Shown here: one piece after another, positions 1 through 9,253 of the stretch
Layout: every line of letters starts with the position of its first letter
How positions within the stretch are numbered: position 1 is the first letter of the stretch
Source of the DNA: Candidatus Nanohalarchaeota archaeon
Lineage (GTDB): Archaea > EX4484-52 > B79-G9
NCBI GenBank assembly: GCA_003660865.1
Contig: QMVA01000002.1
Span: 1 to 38,156 of the forward strand
Direction: 5' to 3'
Length of the DNA: 38,156 nt
Position numbers and translations under genes: made by a program
Notes under the pieces: model-generated
Told to the model about the DNA's origin: nothing
Database searches by the model: none
Seen by the model: only the letters and a program-made list of their open reading frames with translations

Positions 1-273
1 AGAACCGTTTCTCTGTTTTCCATTTTTTACAATGTGAGGACTACCACAGTGCACACATTCACTTTTGTCCAATGGTCCAAATATATCCTTGAATAGATTC
101 ATGTTTCATCACCCTAAAACATTCTGTGCTAAACCACTATTTAAAGTTTATTGGGTGATTTCATTTTTTAGAAGTAGCATCACGTCTATTTTGGTGGGGT
201 ACCTGGATTTATTCGTTTTTTGGGTGGTTAAGGTTCTGTCTGGATATAATTTTCAGTGGCAATTGTTTGGACT

Positions 274-519
274 TCATGTGATGAATTTCTTCTTTAGTTC
301 TTCGTAAAAGGATATGTTTATAATTTCCATTTCTATATCGTTTATTGCTCTTAGTATTCTGTCAATATGTGTTTTTAATTCTATGTCTTTTATTTTGTCT
401 ACGTCATATTGTAATATGTTTGAATGCTGTACTGCGCTTTTTAGTATGGGTGTTTTATTGTTACTTGTGAGATGTTTATTTTCGGGGTTATATAGATGTG
501 ATATTGGTTGGCTCTGCAT
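274..519 (-). CDS. Small hypothetical protein (81 aa), possibly a gene fragment
   Basis: ATG-started ORF with a helical-looking C-terminal half; no recognised motif. Confidence 0.3.
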   Translation of the reverse strand: MQSQPISHLYNPENKHLTSNNKTPILKSAVQHSNILQYDVDKIKDIELKTHIDRILRAINDIEMEIINISFYEELKKKFIT

Positions 520-579
520 TGTAGAAAAAAAGATATGGGGCTATAGCGGGAGAATAATGGTCGGCTATAGTTCTTAATA

Positions 580-2064
580 TCAGAAATAAAATTTCCCTTC
601 CTTAATCATGTCGTCTACATATTGTTTGATCTCATTTTGGGACATGTCTGTTTTAGGATCAATCTTGTGTTTTGGGTTTATGGGAAATCCTTCTTTTGCT
701 GGTTCTTTATCTGTTCCTTGTAGTCTTTTTTCTTTTAGTATAGTCCTACTATGTTGTGTTAGCTTTCTTGCTACGTTTGCTGCATCTCTTATTTCTTCTT
801 CTGGTGTTCCTGCTGAAACCTTTTTGGGCGTTCTTGTGGCATATGCTTTTATTGAGTCCATAAGGTTTTCACGGATGGGCGGGTAATCTCTGGTTTTCTC
901 AGTATATGTTGTGGTTTTAAGTTCTCCGAGTTCGTCAGTTATGTCCTGACCTGTGTGTTCATCACTGGTCTCTGTTTTCTTGTATGGCTCGTCGGTTATT
1001 AGGTAATGTTTCAGTTCGTCATTATCTGTTATTGTTTCAGTAAGGTGTATGCGGAGTAGGTTGATGCGGCGGGTATCCCTGTTTTTCTTTTTCATTGATT
1101 TTTCGACTTCGTTCAGAAGTTTGTAGGTTAATGTGCCGTTCGAAATCTTGTCGAGAATAGCATCGCTTGTGTCATCTACTATGATTTTGTCTGTGTAGTC
1201 TTCGAGGAAGTATAGTTGGCGTTCTAATTCATCTGCTTGGGGGTTGTCTTCTTTGTATTTGTTTTTATCTTTTCTGTTCCAGGGGGTGATGCGATTTATG
1301 AGGTCGATATTGTCGTCGAGATATTTTTCGGCTGCTTCTAGTATTTTGTCGCTTGCTTCTTTTATTTCCTCTTGGGATTTTGTTTGTTCTTCACTGTATC
1401 CTGTTTTGTATTCCACATTGTCAGAGGCGGACAATAAATATGGTTTATTTACTAGTTCTTTCAGGATACCTTTTGGTATTTTGCCGTCTTTGATTTTTTC
1501 GACGACTTTGTCTCCGTAAGATTCTGTTTTGTAGTCTGGATTATTTAAGAGGTCTCCGAGTTCAAGTGCACTGTCGAGATTATTTTTGTTCTTTTTGATG
1601 TTGTAGATACTTATAAGTAGTAGAACTCCAGCTGTCGTTCTTAGAACCGGTGCCTCGTATGCTGAGGCTTCGTCGAGTATTCCTGTGTCGTTTGAGATAT
1701 TGTCCAGTGCTTCGCCAAGATGTGTGTGCCAGAAGTTGCCTGCGCCTGTTACATTATCTACTGTAGCAAAATAGTTTATTGCGTCCCCGTAAAGTGTGGC
1801 CGTGGTGGCTGCTACTGGTGCGGCAACGTTTTTTGCTTTGTGGGCTGCGCTCTTTACAGTGTCTTTAGCTTTGTAGATTATTTCTTCTTCAATATTGGTC
1901 ATATATTGACCTCTGTCGTTGAGAACGTCTTTGCTTGTTTTTGGTATGTCTGTGACACTTCTGTAAATGTCACCAATTTTTGAATCGCTTATTTTTGATT
2001 TTGCATTACTTATTTTTGATTTGAGATTACTGAACATTTGCATCACCGCAGTCATTGTTGTCAT
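580..2064 (-). CDS. Hypothetical protein (494 aa), charged and helical, one possible TM segment
   Basis: Long ORF; hydrophobic stretch VLRTTAGVLLLISIY; no recognised family. Confidence 0.7.
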   Translation of the reverse strand: MTTMTAVMQMFSNLKSKISNAKSKISDSKIGDIYRSVTDIPKTSKDVLNDRGQYMTNIEEEIIYKAKDTVKSAAHKAKNVAAPVAATTATLYGDAINYFATVDNVTGAGNFWHTHLGEALDNISNDTGILDEASAYEAPVLRTTAGVLLLISIYNIKKNKNNLDSALELGDLLNNPDYKTESYGDKVVEKIKDGKIPKGILKELVNKPYLLSASDNVEYKTGYSEEQTKSQEEIKEASDKILEAAEKYLDDNIDLINRITPWNRKDKNKYKEDNPQADELERQLYFLEDYTDKIIVDDTSDAILDKISNGTLTYKLLNEVEKSMKKKNRDTRRINLLRIHLTETITDNDELKHYLITDEPYKKTETSDEHTGQDITDELGELKTTTYTEKTRDYPPIRENLMDSIKAYATRTPKKVSAGTPEEEIRDAANVARKLTQHSRTILKEKRLQGTDKEPAKEGFPINPKHKIDPKTDMSQNEIKQYVDDMIKEGKFYF

Positions 2065-2271
2065 TAGTTAGTAGTGAAAGTATATAAGCATTTCTATAGT
2101 GTAATATGGCTATTTGAGAAGATATTTATTCATCTGATTCTGTTTTTGGTGTTGATGACTTGCGGTTTGCTTTTTTTTTGTAGTCAATAAACCTGTATGT
2201 CTGTTGTATCTATAAGTTAGTAAAAAGATAAGAGAGAAGTCTATGGTGAAACAAATCGTCTTTCTGTTCTT

Positions 2272-2580
2272 TTATTCGCGCAGTTCTATTTCAATATTGA
2301 TTGAGTCAGGAACTTCTATGCGCATAATCTGCCTTAAAGCGCGCTCGTTTGTGCCGATGTCGATTACGCGCTTGTGGATGCGCATCTCCCACTTTTCGTA
2401 TGTTTCTGTGCCGTCGCCGGATGGAGCTTTTCTTGTGGTTATCTTTAGCTTTTTTGTCGGCAGTGGGATTGGTCCTGCTACGTTCGCTCCGAACTTGAGG
2501 GCTATCTGCTTTATTTGTTTTGCCAGTTCTTCAAGTTCCTGGTAGTTTGTGCTTGTTATTTTTACGCGTGCGGTTTGCAA
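2272..2580 (-). CDS. rps10: 30S ribosomal protein S10 (uS10)
   Basis: GPIPLPTK, TRKAPSGDG and WEMRIHKRVIDI motifs; TTG start preceded by AGGTGA SD; follows tuf. Confidence 0.97.
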   Translation of the reverse strand: MQTARVKITSTNYQELEELAKQIKQIALKFGANVAGPIPLPTKKLKITTRKAPSGDGTETYEKWEMRIHKRVIDIGTNERALRQIMRIEVPDSINIEIELRE

Positions 2581-2647
2581 TTTATTTCACCTATGGTATC
2601 ATACTTTAGTCTTTCATAAAGCATGTCAAAGTTACAGAATCTTTTGA

Positions 2648-3925
2648 TTATTTCTTTGCAACAAGGTCAATGCACATACCAGCTGCAATGGTCTGTCCCA
2701 TGTCTCTTATTGCGAATTTTGCGAGTTGAGGGATGTCTGATTGCTTTTCTATTACCATTGGCTTGGTTGGTTTGCATTTGATGATTGCTGCATCTCCAGG
2801 CTTGATGAAGTCAGGGTTTTCTTCCTTTGTCTCACCTGTAGTGGGGTCTATTTTTTTTAAGATATCTGTTATCTGACATGCAACGTGTGATGTGTGGATG
2901 TGGAATACCGGTGTGTATCCTTTTGTTATCACACTTGGATGTTGTAGTACTATTATCTGTGCTGTGAATTCGCCGCTTTGGTCAACTACTGTTGGCGGGT
3001 TGCTTGTGTGTCCACAGACTTCACCACGGGCGATGTCGCCTTTTCCGAGACCTCTTACGTTGAAGCCGATGTTGTCACCTGCTTCTCCTTTTGGTATCTC
3101 TTCGTGGTGCATTTCGATTTTCTTTACTTCGCCGGTTTTGCCGGATGGCATGAATACGAGTTTGTCGCCTGATTTGATTTCGCCGGTTTCTACGCGACCT
3201 ACAGGTACTGTTCCTACGCCGGTGATTGTGTAGACATCCTGTATGGGGAGTCTTAGCGGTTTTCCTGTTGGCTTTTCCGGCATAGGTAGGTCGTCGAGGG
3301 TTTCAAGCATTGTTTTTCCTTTGTACCATGTCATCTGTTCTGCTTTCTTTGCTACGTTTTCGCCTGTCCATGCTGATACGGGGATGTATGGTATGTCGTC
3401 TGTCTTGAAGCCGACGCTTTTCAGAAGCTTGATTATGTCGTCTTTTGCTTTGGTGTATGCTGATTCGTCGAAGTTTACTTCGTCCATCTTGTTTATTGCG
3501 ACGATGAGGCTTTTTACGCCAAGTGTTCTTATTAGAAAGACGTGCTCTTTGGTCTGCGGCATGACGCCGTCTTTTGCGCCAAGTACGAGGATCGCTGCGT
3601 CTGCCTGTGATGCGCCGGTTATCATGTTCTTTACGAAGTCCCTGTGGCCAGGAGCATCAATGATTGTGAAGTAGTATTTTGCTGTGTCGAATCTCTGGTG
3701 CATGACGTCAATTGTCACACCGCGTTCTCTTTCTTCTTTTACTGTGTCCATGAGGAACGCGAATTTGAATGATTCTTTTTTAAGCTCTTTTGCTTTTTCG
3801 TCTATCTTTTTCATCTGCTGTTCCGGGACGTTTCCTGTGTCCCATAACATTCTTCCGATTAATGTTGATTTTCCCTGGTCGACGTGACCGATTGTTACTA
3901 AATTCATGTGTGGTTTTTCTGCCAT
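2648..3925 (-). CDS. tuf: Elongation factor 1-alpha
   Basis: [25 protein letters not shown] and NKMD motifs; start set at MAEKPH (ATG 3925) with GAGGTG SD. Confidence 0.98.
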   Translation of the reverse strand: MAEKPHMNLVTIGHVDQGKSTLIGRMLWDTGNVPEQQMKKIDEKAKELKKESFKFAFLMDTVKEERERGVTIDVMHQRFDTAKYYFTIIDAPGHRDFVKNMITGASQADAAILVLGAKDGVMPQTKEHVFLIRTLGVKSLIVAINKMDEVNFDESAYTKAKDDIIKLLKSVGFKTDDIPYIPVSAWTGENVAKKAEQMTWYKGKTMLETLDDLPMPEKPTGKPLRLPIQDVYTITGVGTVPVGRVETGEIKSGDKLVFMPSGKTGEVKKIEMHHEEIPKGEAGDNIGFNVRGLGKGDIARGEVCGHTSNPPTVVDQSGEFTAQIIVLQHPSVITKGYTPVFHIHTSHVACQITDILKKIDPTTGETKEENPDFIKPGDAAIIKCKPTKPMVIEKQSDIPQLAKFAIRDMGQTIAAGMCIDLVAKK

Positions 3926-4142
3926 ATTTAACACCTCGCAATTATCATTTATTCTTCTTTATAATGATTGTTTTTATTTATGGTTTGTATGTTTATAGGG
4001 TTTAATATTGTTTATTATTGATTCTGAATTTTTTAAAGTTTTATGTGAAATGTGCTAGAGAATCGAGTGTGTTTGTTCTCTGTTGTCACATTATTGGTTT
4101 GATGGTTAAGTTTATAAATGTTGTGTATTGGTTATGTTTTCT

Positions 4143-6341
4143 TTATTGTTCCAGTTTTATTTGCGGGAGTTCTTCTTTCATGCCTTTTCTTTTCCTGATC
4201 TGAAGGACTATCTTGTTCTGGAGTTCTGTTGGTAGTTTTTCGTATACTATGTCTATGAGTGACTGGAATCCTCTGCCGCCTGTTGCGGATTTTATTGCGC
4301 CTTCAAAGCCGAACATCTCTGCGACAGGGAGTTTGGCTGTTATTATGCTCGTGCCCTGCTCTTCTTCCATATTCATGATTTGCCCGCGGCGGTTCTGGAC
4401 TTCTTTTACGACGTTGCCCATGTGTTCTTGGGGGCTATCTATTCTTAGTATCTGTTTTGGCTCGAAGAGGGATGCTTTGCCGTCGAGCATGCAGTTTTTG
4501 AGGGCGCTTTTGACTGCCGGGAGTACCTGCGCCGGTCCCCTATGTATTGCGTCTTCGTGGAGTTTTGCGTCCATGAGCATTACTTGCAGGCCGAATGTTG
4601 GTTCTGCTGCAAGGGGTCCTTCGTTGCATACTTCTTTGAATGACTGGATTATGAGTTCAATTACTTCGTTTAGCTGGACTATACCTCTTGTTAGGTTTAC
4701 GAGTATGTTGCCGTTCTGAATTGCGACTACTTTTTTTGCCTCGTCGCGGTTGTAGCCTGCGTCTGCGAGTGCGTTTGTTACTTCAAGCTGGTCTTGTTTC
4801 CTGATTTTTCCTTCTCTCATGTTGCCGGATATGAGTGTTTTTCTTACTTCGTCGGATACTGGTGCGACTTTCAGGTAGAATTTGTTGTGTTTGTTTGGTG
4901 TTTTTCCTTCGAATTGCTGTGATTCTTTTAGGAGGCCTTCTTTGTAGATTACTATGGGTTTTGAGACTGTGATCGGGATGCCTTTTTCTTTTATGTAGCG
5001 CTCGATTTTTGCTTCGATGTGGAGTTCGCCGAGACCGGATATGAGGGTTTCGCCTGTGTCTTCGGAGATTTTTACTCTTATTGTCGGGTCTTCTTTTGAG
5101 CGCATTCTCAGGATGTCGATGAGCTTTGAGAGGTCTTTGATGTTCTTTATTTCGATTGATTTTGTTACTACCGGTTCAAATATGTGTTTTATGTCTTCGA
5201 ATGGAGGTATCTCGTGGGATGCGCCGCTGAGTGTTTCGCCCGATGATGCCTGGTCGAGGCCTGTTACTGCGATGATGTTGCCGACACACATCTCGTGTAC
5301 CGGGATTCTTTTCGGGCCGTCGTATACTGATACTTGCTGGACGCGGGTGTCTGCCTGTACGTTTGAGAGGTAGACTGTTTGTCCGTCTTTTAGTGTGCCG
5401 CCGAATAGGCGCACTGTTGAGACGATGCCTGCGTTTGGGTCGCTGAGTACGTTTGTGACTACGCCGATAGGTTCGCCGGTTTTGTCTGAGTTCATCATTG
5501 CTTTTCCTTCTTTTGATTCTATGTCGCCGGTCCAGATTTTCGGGATCCTGTATTTCTGTGCTGTCTCTGGGTCTGGCAGGTGGTTTATTACCATGTCGAG
5601 TATTACTTCGTGAATTTTTGCTTTTTTTGCGAGTTCTTTTTCGTCGCCTTTGTTTGTGAGGTCAATTATGTCTTTGAATGATGTGCCTGTCTTTTTCATG
5701 TAGGGGATGGATGTTGCCCAGTTTTTGTAGGCTGAGCCGAATGCGACTTTGCCTGACTGGACGTCTACAAGCCATTCTTCTTTGAGTTCAGGGGGTGCGA
5801 ATTTTCTTATGAGATTGTTTATTGATGTGATGTGTTTTGTGAAGCGTTCAAGCATCTGTTCAGGGGTTAGCTGGAGCTCTTTTATGAGGCGGTCGACTTT
5901 GTTTATGAAGAGTACGGGTTTTACGCGCTCTTTTAAGGCCTGTCTCAGGACTGTTTCGGTCTGGGGCATTGCGCCTTCTACTGCGCATACGACTACGACT
6001 ACGCCGTCTACGGCTCTCATTGCGCGGGTGACGTCGCCACCGAAGTCTACGTGGCCGGGGGTGTCTATTAGGTTGATTAAGTAGTCGTCTCCGTGATGAT
6101 CATATACCATTGAGACGTTGCCTGAGTATATTGTTATGCCGCGTTCCTGTTCCTGCTTGTCGGCGTCCATTCTTACGGCTGTGCCTGCCAGTTCTTCTGA
6201 GAGCATGCCTGCGCCTGCCAGTAGGTTGTCTGTGAGGGTGGTTTTCCCGTGGTCGATGTGGGCTGCTATGCCTATGTTTCTGATTCTTTTCAGGTTTTTT
6301 ACTGCTTCTTTAATTCTTTCTGTTCTTGTTCCTTTTGCCAT
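4143..6341 (-). CDS. fusA: Elongation factor 2
   Basis: AHIDHGKTT, RGITI, DTPGHVDF and NKVD motifs; diphthamide loop LHEDAIHRG; start set at MAKGTR (ATG 6341). Confidence 0.98.
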   Translation of the reverse strand: MAKGTRTERIKEAVKNLKRIRNIGIAAHIDHGKTTLTDNLLAGAGMLSEELAGTAVRMDADKQEQERGITIYSGNVSMVYDHHGDDYLINLIDTPGHVDFGGDVTRAMRAVDGVVVVVCAVEGAMPQTETVLRQALKERVKPVLFINKVDRLIKELQLTPEQMLERFTKHITSINNLIRKFAPPELKEEWLVDVQSGKVAFGSAYKNWATSIPYMKKTGTSFKDIIDLTNKGDEKELAKKAKIHEVILDMVINHLPDPETAQKYRIPKIWTGDIESKEGKAMMNSDKTGEPIGVVTNVLSDPNAGIVSTVRLFGGTLKDGQTVYLSNVQADTRVQQVSVYDGPKRIPVHEMCVGNIIAVTGLDQASSGETLSGASHEIPPFEDIKHIFEPVVTKSIEIKNIKDLSKLIDILRMRSKEDPTIRVKISEDTGETLISGLGELHIEAKIERYIKEKGIPITVSKPIVIYKEGLLKESQQFEGKTPNKHNKFYLKVAPVSDEVRKTLISGNMREGKIRKQDQLEVTNALADAGYNRDEAKKVVAIQNGNILVNLTRGIVQLNEVIELIIQSFKEVCNEGPLAAEPTFGLQVMLMDAKLHEDAIHRGPAQVLPAVKSALKNCMLDGKASLFEPKQILRIDSPQEHMGNVVKEVQNRRGQIMNMEEEQGTSIITAKLPVAEMFGFEGAIKSATGGRGFQSLIDIVYEKLPTELQNKIVLQIRKRKGMKEELPQIKLEQ

Positions 6342-6391
6342 TTCATCGCCTTTTGAGTATATTTTTAGTGGATGATTGATTGTTTGCGGGA

Positions 6392-6399
6392 GTTTATAT
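6392..6399 (-). promoter_or_regulatory. Putative TATA box for fusA-tuf-rps10
   Basis: ATATAAAC on the minus strand ~50 nt upstream of the fusA ATG; the same motif recurs upstream of other minus-strand genes. Confidence 0.4.
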
Positions 6400-6588
6400 G
6401 TTTTTTTGTGCGCCCTGTTTTGTATTCTTTGTTTTGGATTGTGTGTTTTGTATTTTTGTTGTTGTGATTTGCTTGTGGTGCTTCTTAAGAACATAGTCTT
6501 TCTGTGCGAAGTTTTATAAACGTTTTTGTTTTTGGTTGTTAGGATTTTTGAGTATTATCTTATGTCATATTCAAAGTTAGAAGTGGTT

Positions 6589-7209
6589 TTAATCTTGGGA
6601 TGAAATTATTTTGTTGTATATCTGGTCTAATTTATGATGTGCCTCATATAATATTTTTTGTAATTCTCCTACTGTTTTTCTTGAATCCGGAAGGGCTGTT
6701 TCTAAATCTTGTAAGGTTCCAAGTTCCATACTGCCTCGACTGAATATGAATTTATCTGGATTTAATCTATTAATATCAGTTTCAAGGAGACTATCTCTTT
6801 CGTTAGGCCTAGCATAAGAGTATGGATTCTCTCCTTTTTGTGCATAGTCCATTCTTGTTTTTACTTTGTCTATTTGTTGGGATGCATCTTCTTCGGTCCA
6901 TGTCGTTAGTTCTTCCATTGATATTTCGAGAAATTCCTTTATTGAGTTAAATGTGTGGTCTATTTCGCCATAATAAATATGTCCGTTGTTATAGTATGTC
7001 TCAATGAGTGATTGTTCTATTTTTGTTACGTTCTGATTGTCGATTGTTTCGCCTAATTTTTGTATGTCTTTTACTGCGTATTCAAAATCCGCTTTGTCAG
7101 GACTTACATAGCCTCTTAAGTAAGATATTGACCAGTACACGTTGCCTATTTGGTTTTCTATTTTGGATACTAGCGCTAAATCTTGGTCTGTTAGATCTAT
7201 TTTGACCAC
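6589..7209 (-). CDS. Hypothetical protein (206 aa), acidic and helical
   Basis: Open 206-codon frame, GTG start, AT-rich with weaker strand skew than the flanks. Confidence 0.65.
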   Translation of the reverse strand: MVKIDLTDQDLALVSKIENQIGNVYWSISYLRGYVSPDKADFEYAVKDIQKLGETIDNQNVTKIEQSLIETYYNNGHIYYGEIDHTFNSIKEFLEISMEELTTWTEEDASQQIDKVKTRMDYAQKGENPYSYARPNERDSLLETDINRLNPDKFIFSRGSMELGTLQDLETALPDSRKTVGELQKILYEAHHKLDQIYNKIISSQD

Positions 7210-7272
7210 TAGGATGGGGTATATGTTGTAAATATTATATATCTTTCTGTATGTGCTTGTTTTTGGTGATTT

Positions 7273-7707
7273 TTGCTGTTCTGGTTTTGTTTTACGAAGG
7301 CATTTATATTTGCGCTTATCTTATATTTTGTTATGTATTTCAGTCTGGGGTCGATTGTGAATTGGCGTGCGCTTGAGCTTTTGTTTGGCGCTGTGTTCGT
7401 CTATGTTGGTTATCTTAAGTTTACTGAGATTGGGCTTGATTTTGTTATGAGTTTTCCGCTTCTTATTGTGAATGCGCTGATTTTTTTTGCTATAGGGGTG
7501 CTTATGGTTCTTTCCCGGTCGCATATTGCGGTGGTTGGGCTTGTTCTGGTTGCGCTTGGCATTTCGCTTCATGGGCTTGGGTTTTTTGAGTCTTATAGTG
7601 TTTCTTATCTTTTTTACAGGTTCGGGATTCAGCCGGTTATGTTTTTGACGGATTTTTTGATGCCTATGCTTGCGGTTGTGTGGGTCTGGAAGGGGGGTAG
7701 TTATTGA
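7273..7707 (+). CDS. Small multi-pass membrane protein (true start possibly ATG 7333)
   Basis: About 4 hydrophobic segments; stop lies 1 nt before the HicB ATG. Confidence 0.6.
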   Translation: MLFWFCFTKAFIFALILYFVMYFSLGSIVNWRALELLFGAVFVYVGYLKFTEIGLDFVMSFPLLIVNALIFFAIGVLMVLSRSHIAVVGLVLVALGISLHGLGFFESYSVSYLFYRFGIQPVMFLTDFLMPMLAVVWVWKGGSY

Positions 7708-7708
7708 T

Positions 7709-7906
7709 ATGGCAAATAAATTTACTCTTATTATAGAGCAGGATACTGAGGGTTGGTTGGTTTCTGATGTTGTTGGGTTGCCCGGTTGTCATACTCAGGC
7801 TAAAAGTATGGATGTGCTTTTGAGAAGAACGAAAGAAGCTATTCAGTCATATCTTGCGTCAGATGCGGATTCGGAAGTTTCTGGTAAGTTTGTTGGAATT
7901 CAATAG
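7709..7906 (+). CDS. hicB: HicB-family antitoxin-like protein, orphan
   Basis: FTLIIEQDTEGWLVSDVVGLPGCHTQAKSMDVLLRRTKEAI matches the HicB N-terminal signature. Confidence 0.85.
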   Translation: MANKFTLIIEQDTEGWLVSDVVGLPGCHTQAKSMDVLLRRTKEAIQSYLASDADSEVSGKFVGIQ

Positions 7907-7927
7907 ATAGAGGTATGATTTTTGAGT

Positions 7928-8647
7928 TTATAATCGTGTGATTTTTTCTTCGAGATGATTGTCAATATTTTTTGTTAATTTTGGGATGCTGCCGATTAGA
8001 CCGATTTTTTTGTCTTTTATGATTATTGCGCCTTCAAAGTATTTCTTTTTTTTGAGCCAGTCAAGTGTTTTTTTTATGTCTTTTTCGGTTTTTACCTGAT
8101 TTGCTGCTGCTGTTGCGAGGGCGTCTGCAATGTTTGCTTTTTTTGAGAAGATTACTGCAAGGTCGCATTTTCCGAAGCTTAGGGAGTGTCCCATGTTAGA
8201 TGATGATGAGCAGATTGATATTGGGGTGTTTTCGTCTGTCAGGTGGAAGCATAGTTTGTCTTTTAGTTTGTTTTGCCCGGAGAATAAGCCGATGTTTATT
8301 TTGCTTTTTGTGTATGCGTAGATGTCGCCGCCGTTTTCTACGATGAGTGTTTCTGGGTTGTGGAGAGCTATTGCTTTTTTTGCGCTGAATTCTGCCAGTG
8401 TGCCTGCAACTGCTGCCATGGGACCGACTTTGGCAATTTTTGCTGCCATGACCATTTCTTTTATTATTTTAGGGGCGTCTTTTTTTGTTTTTACGGGAAC
8501 CAGTGAGTTTAGAAATTCTTTGTCGGCGTAGTTTTCTATCAGTGTTCTTTGGGTTATGAGTTCTTTTTTTATTGTGCTGATTGCTTCTTTTTTGTCGGTT
8601 ATGACTTTGAGTTTGCTTGTCTTATATGTCAGTGTCTGGGTTTCCAT
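7928..8647 (-). CDS. UPF0280 / ApbE-like protein (COG2122) linked to sulfide assimilation
   Basis: VGPMAAVAG, VENGGDI, ICSSS, GHSLSFG and ADALATA motifs; overlaps the NIL-ferredoxin gene. Confidence 0.9.
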   Translation of the reverse strand: METQTLTYKTSKLKVITDKKEAISTIKKELITQRTLIENYADKEFLNSLVPVKTKKDAPKIIKEMVMAAKIAKVGPMAAVAGTLAEFSAKKAIALHNPETLIVENGGDIYAYTKSKINIGLFSGQNKLKDKLCFHLTDENTPISICSSSSNMGHSLSFGKCDLAVIFSKKANIADALATAAANQVKTEKDIKKTLDWLKKKKYFEGAIIIKDKKIGLIGSIPKLTKNIDNHLEEKITRL

Positions 8648-9239
8648 TTAGATCATCATTAATTGCGCCGAAGGGGCATACGAGGATACATGCTCTGCAT
8701 TCTATGCATTTCTCTCTGTCGAATTCTATTTCCATTGTTTTTTTATCTGGTATGTGGAGGGCGCCTGTGGGACAGTGGGCGATGCAGAGGCTGCATTGTG
8801 TGCATTTGTTTTTGTTTAGCTGTGTGCCTGTTTTGAATGTGTTTACTTTTATTCCCCGGGATTTCAGGTAGGTGATTGAGTCTTCTATGTTTTTTTCTTT
8901 TCCTTCAAGTTCTATTATCATGAATCCGATTTGCTTTTCTGTGATGTTTGCGCGGAGGATGTTTGGGATTACGTTGTAGTGTTTTATGATGTAGTATATG
9001 CTGGGGTCTTTTATTCTTTTTTTCGGGTAGCGAAGCTGGAATTTTTTTGTTTTTAAGTTATTGGGGGTGTTGGTGTTATATTGTATCTTGTCTTGTGTAT
9101 CTGTGTTATTATTATCATTATTATTATTATTCATATCCCCCTTGGTGTTTGGTGGTGTCCATCCTCGAGCCCCCACCCTCCCATCTTTAGAGTTATTAGG
9201 ATGTTTTGTTTCTTTGTCTTGTTCTTTTTTGGCTGTCAT
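8622..9239 (-). CDS. NIL domain + 2x[4Fe-4S] ferredoxin, partner of the DUF39 enzyme, with a low-complexity N-extension
   Basis: NIL motif (PNILRANI), CTQCSLCIAHCP and CIECRACILVCP; directly downstream of the DUF39 gene. Confidence 0.9.
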   Translation of the reverse strand: MTAKKEQDKETKHPNNSKDGRVGARGWTPPNTKGDMNNNNNDNNNTDTQDKIQYNTNTPNNLKTKKFQLRYPKKRIKDPSIYYIIKHYNVIPNILRANITEKQIGFMIIELEGKEKNIEDSITYLKSRGIKVNTFKTGTQLNKNKCTQCSLCIAHCPTGALHIPDKKTMEIEFDREKCIECRACILVCPFGAINDDLNGNPDTDI

Positions 9240-9253
9240 TTTTTGTCATCTGT

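Noticed and set aside
537..575. Hairpin built from two GCTATAG copies downstream of the 494-aa gene
   Set aside because: Short stem with a long loop; could be a terminator but is too weak to call
6342..6494. N-terminal extensions in the ORF track for fusA (also nusA, UbiA, AK6, rfcS)
   Set aside because: Recognisable homology begins at downstream ATGs, several with SD motifs; the extensions are intergenic or overlap other genes
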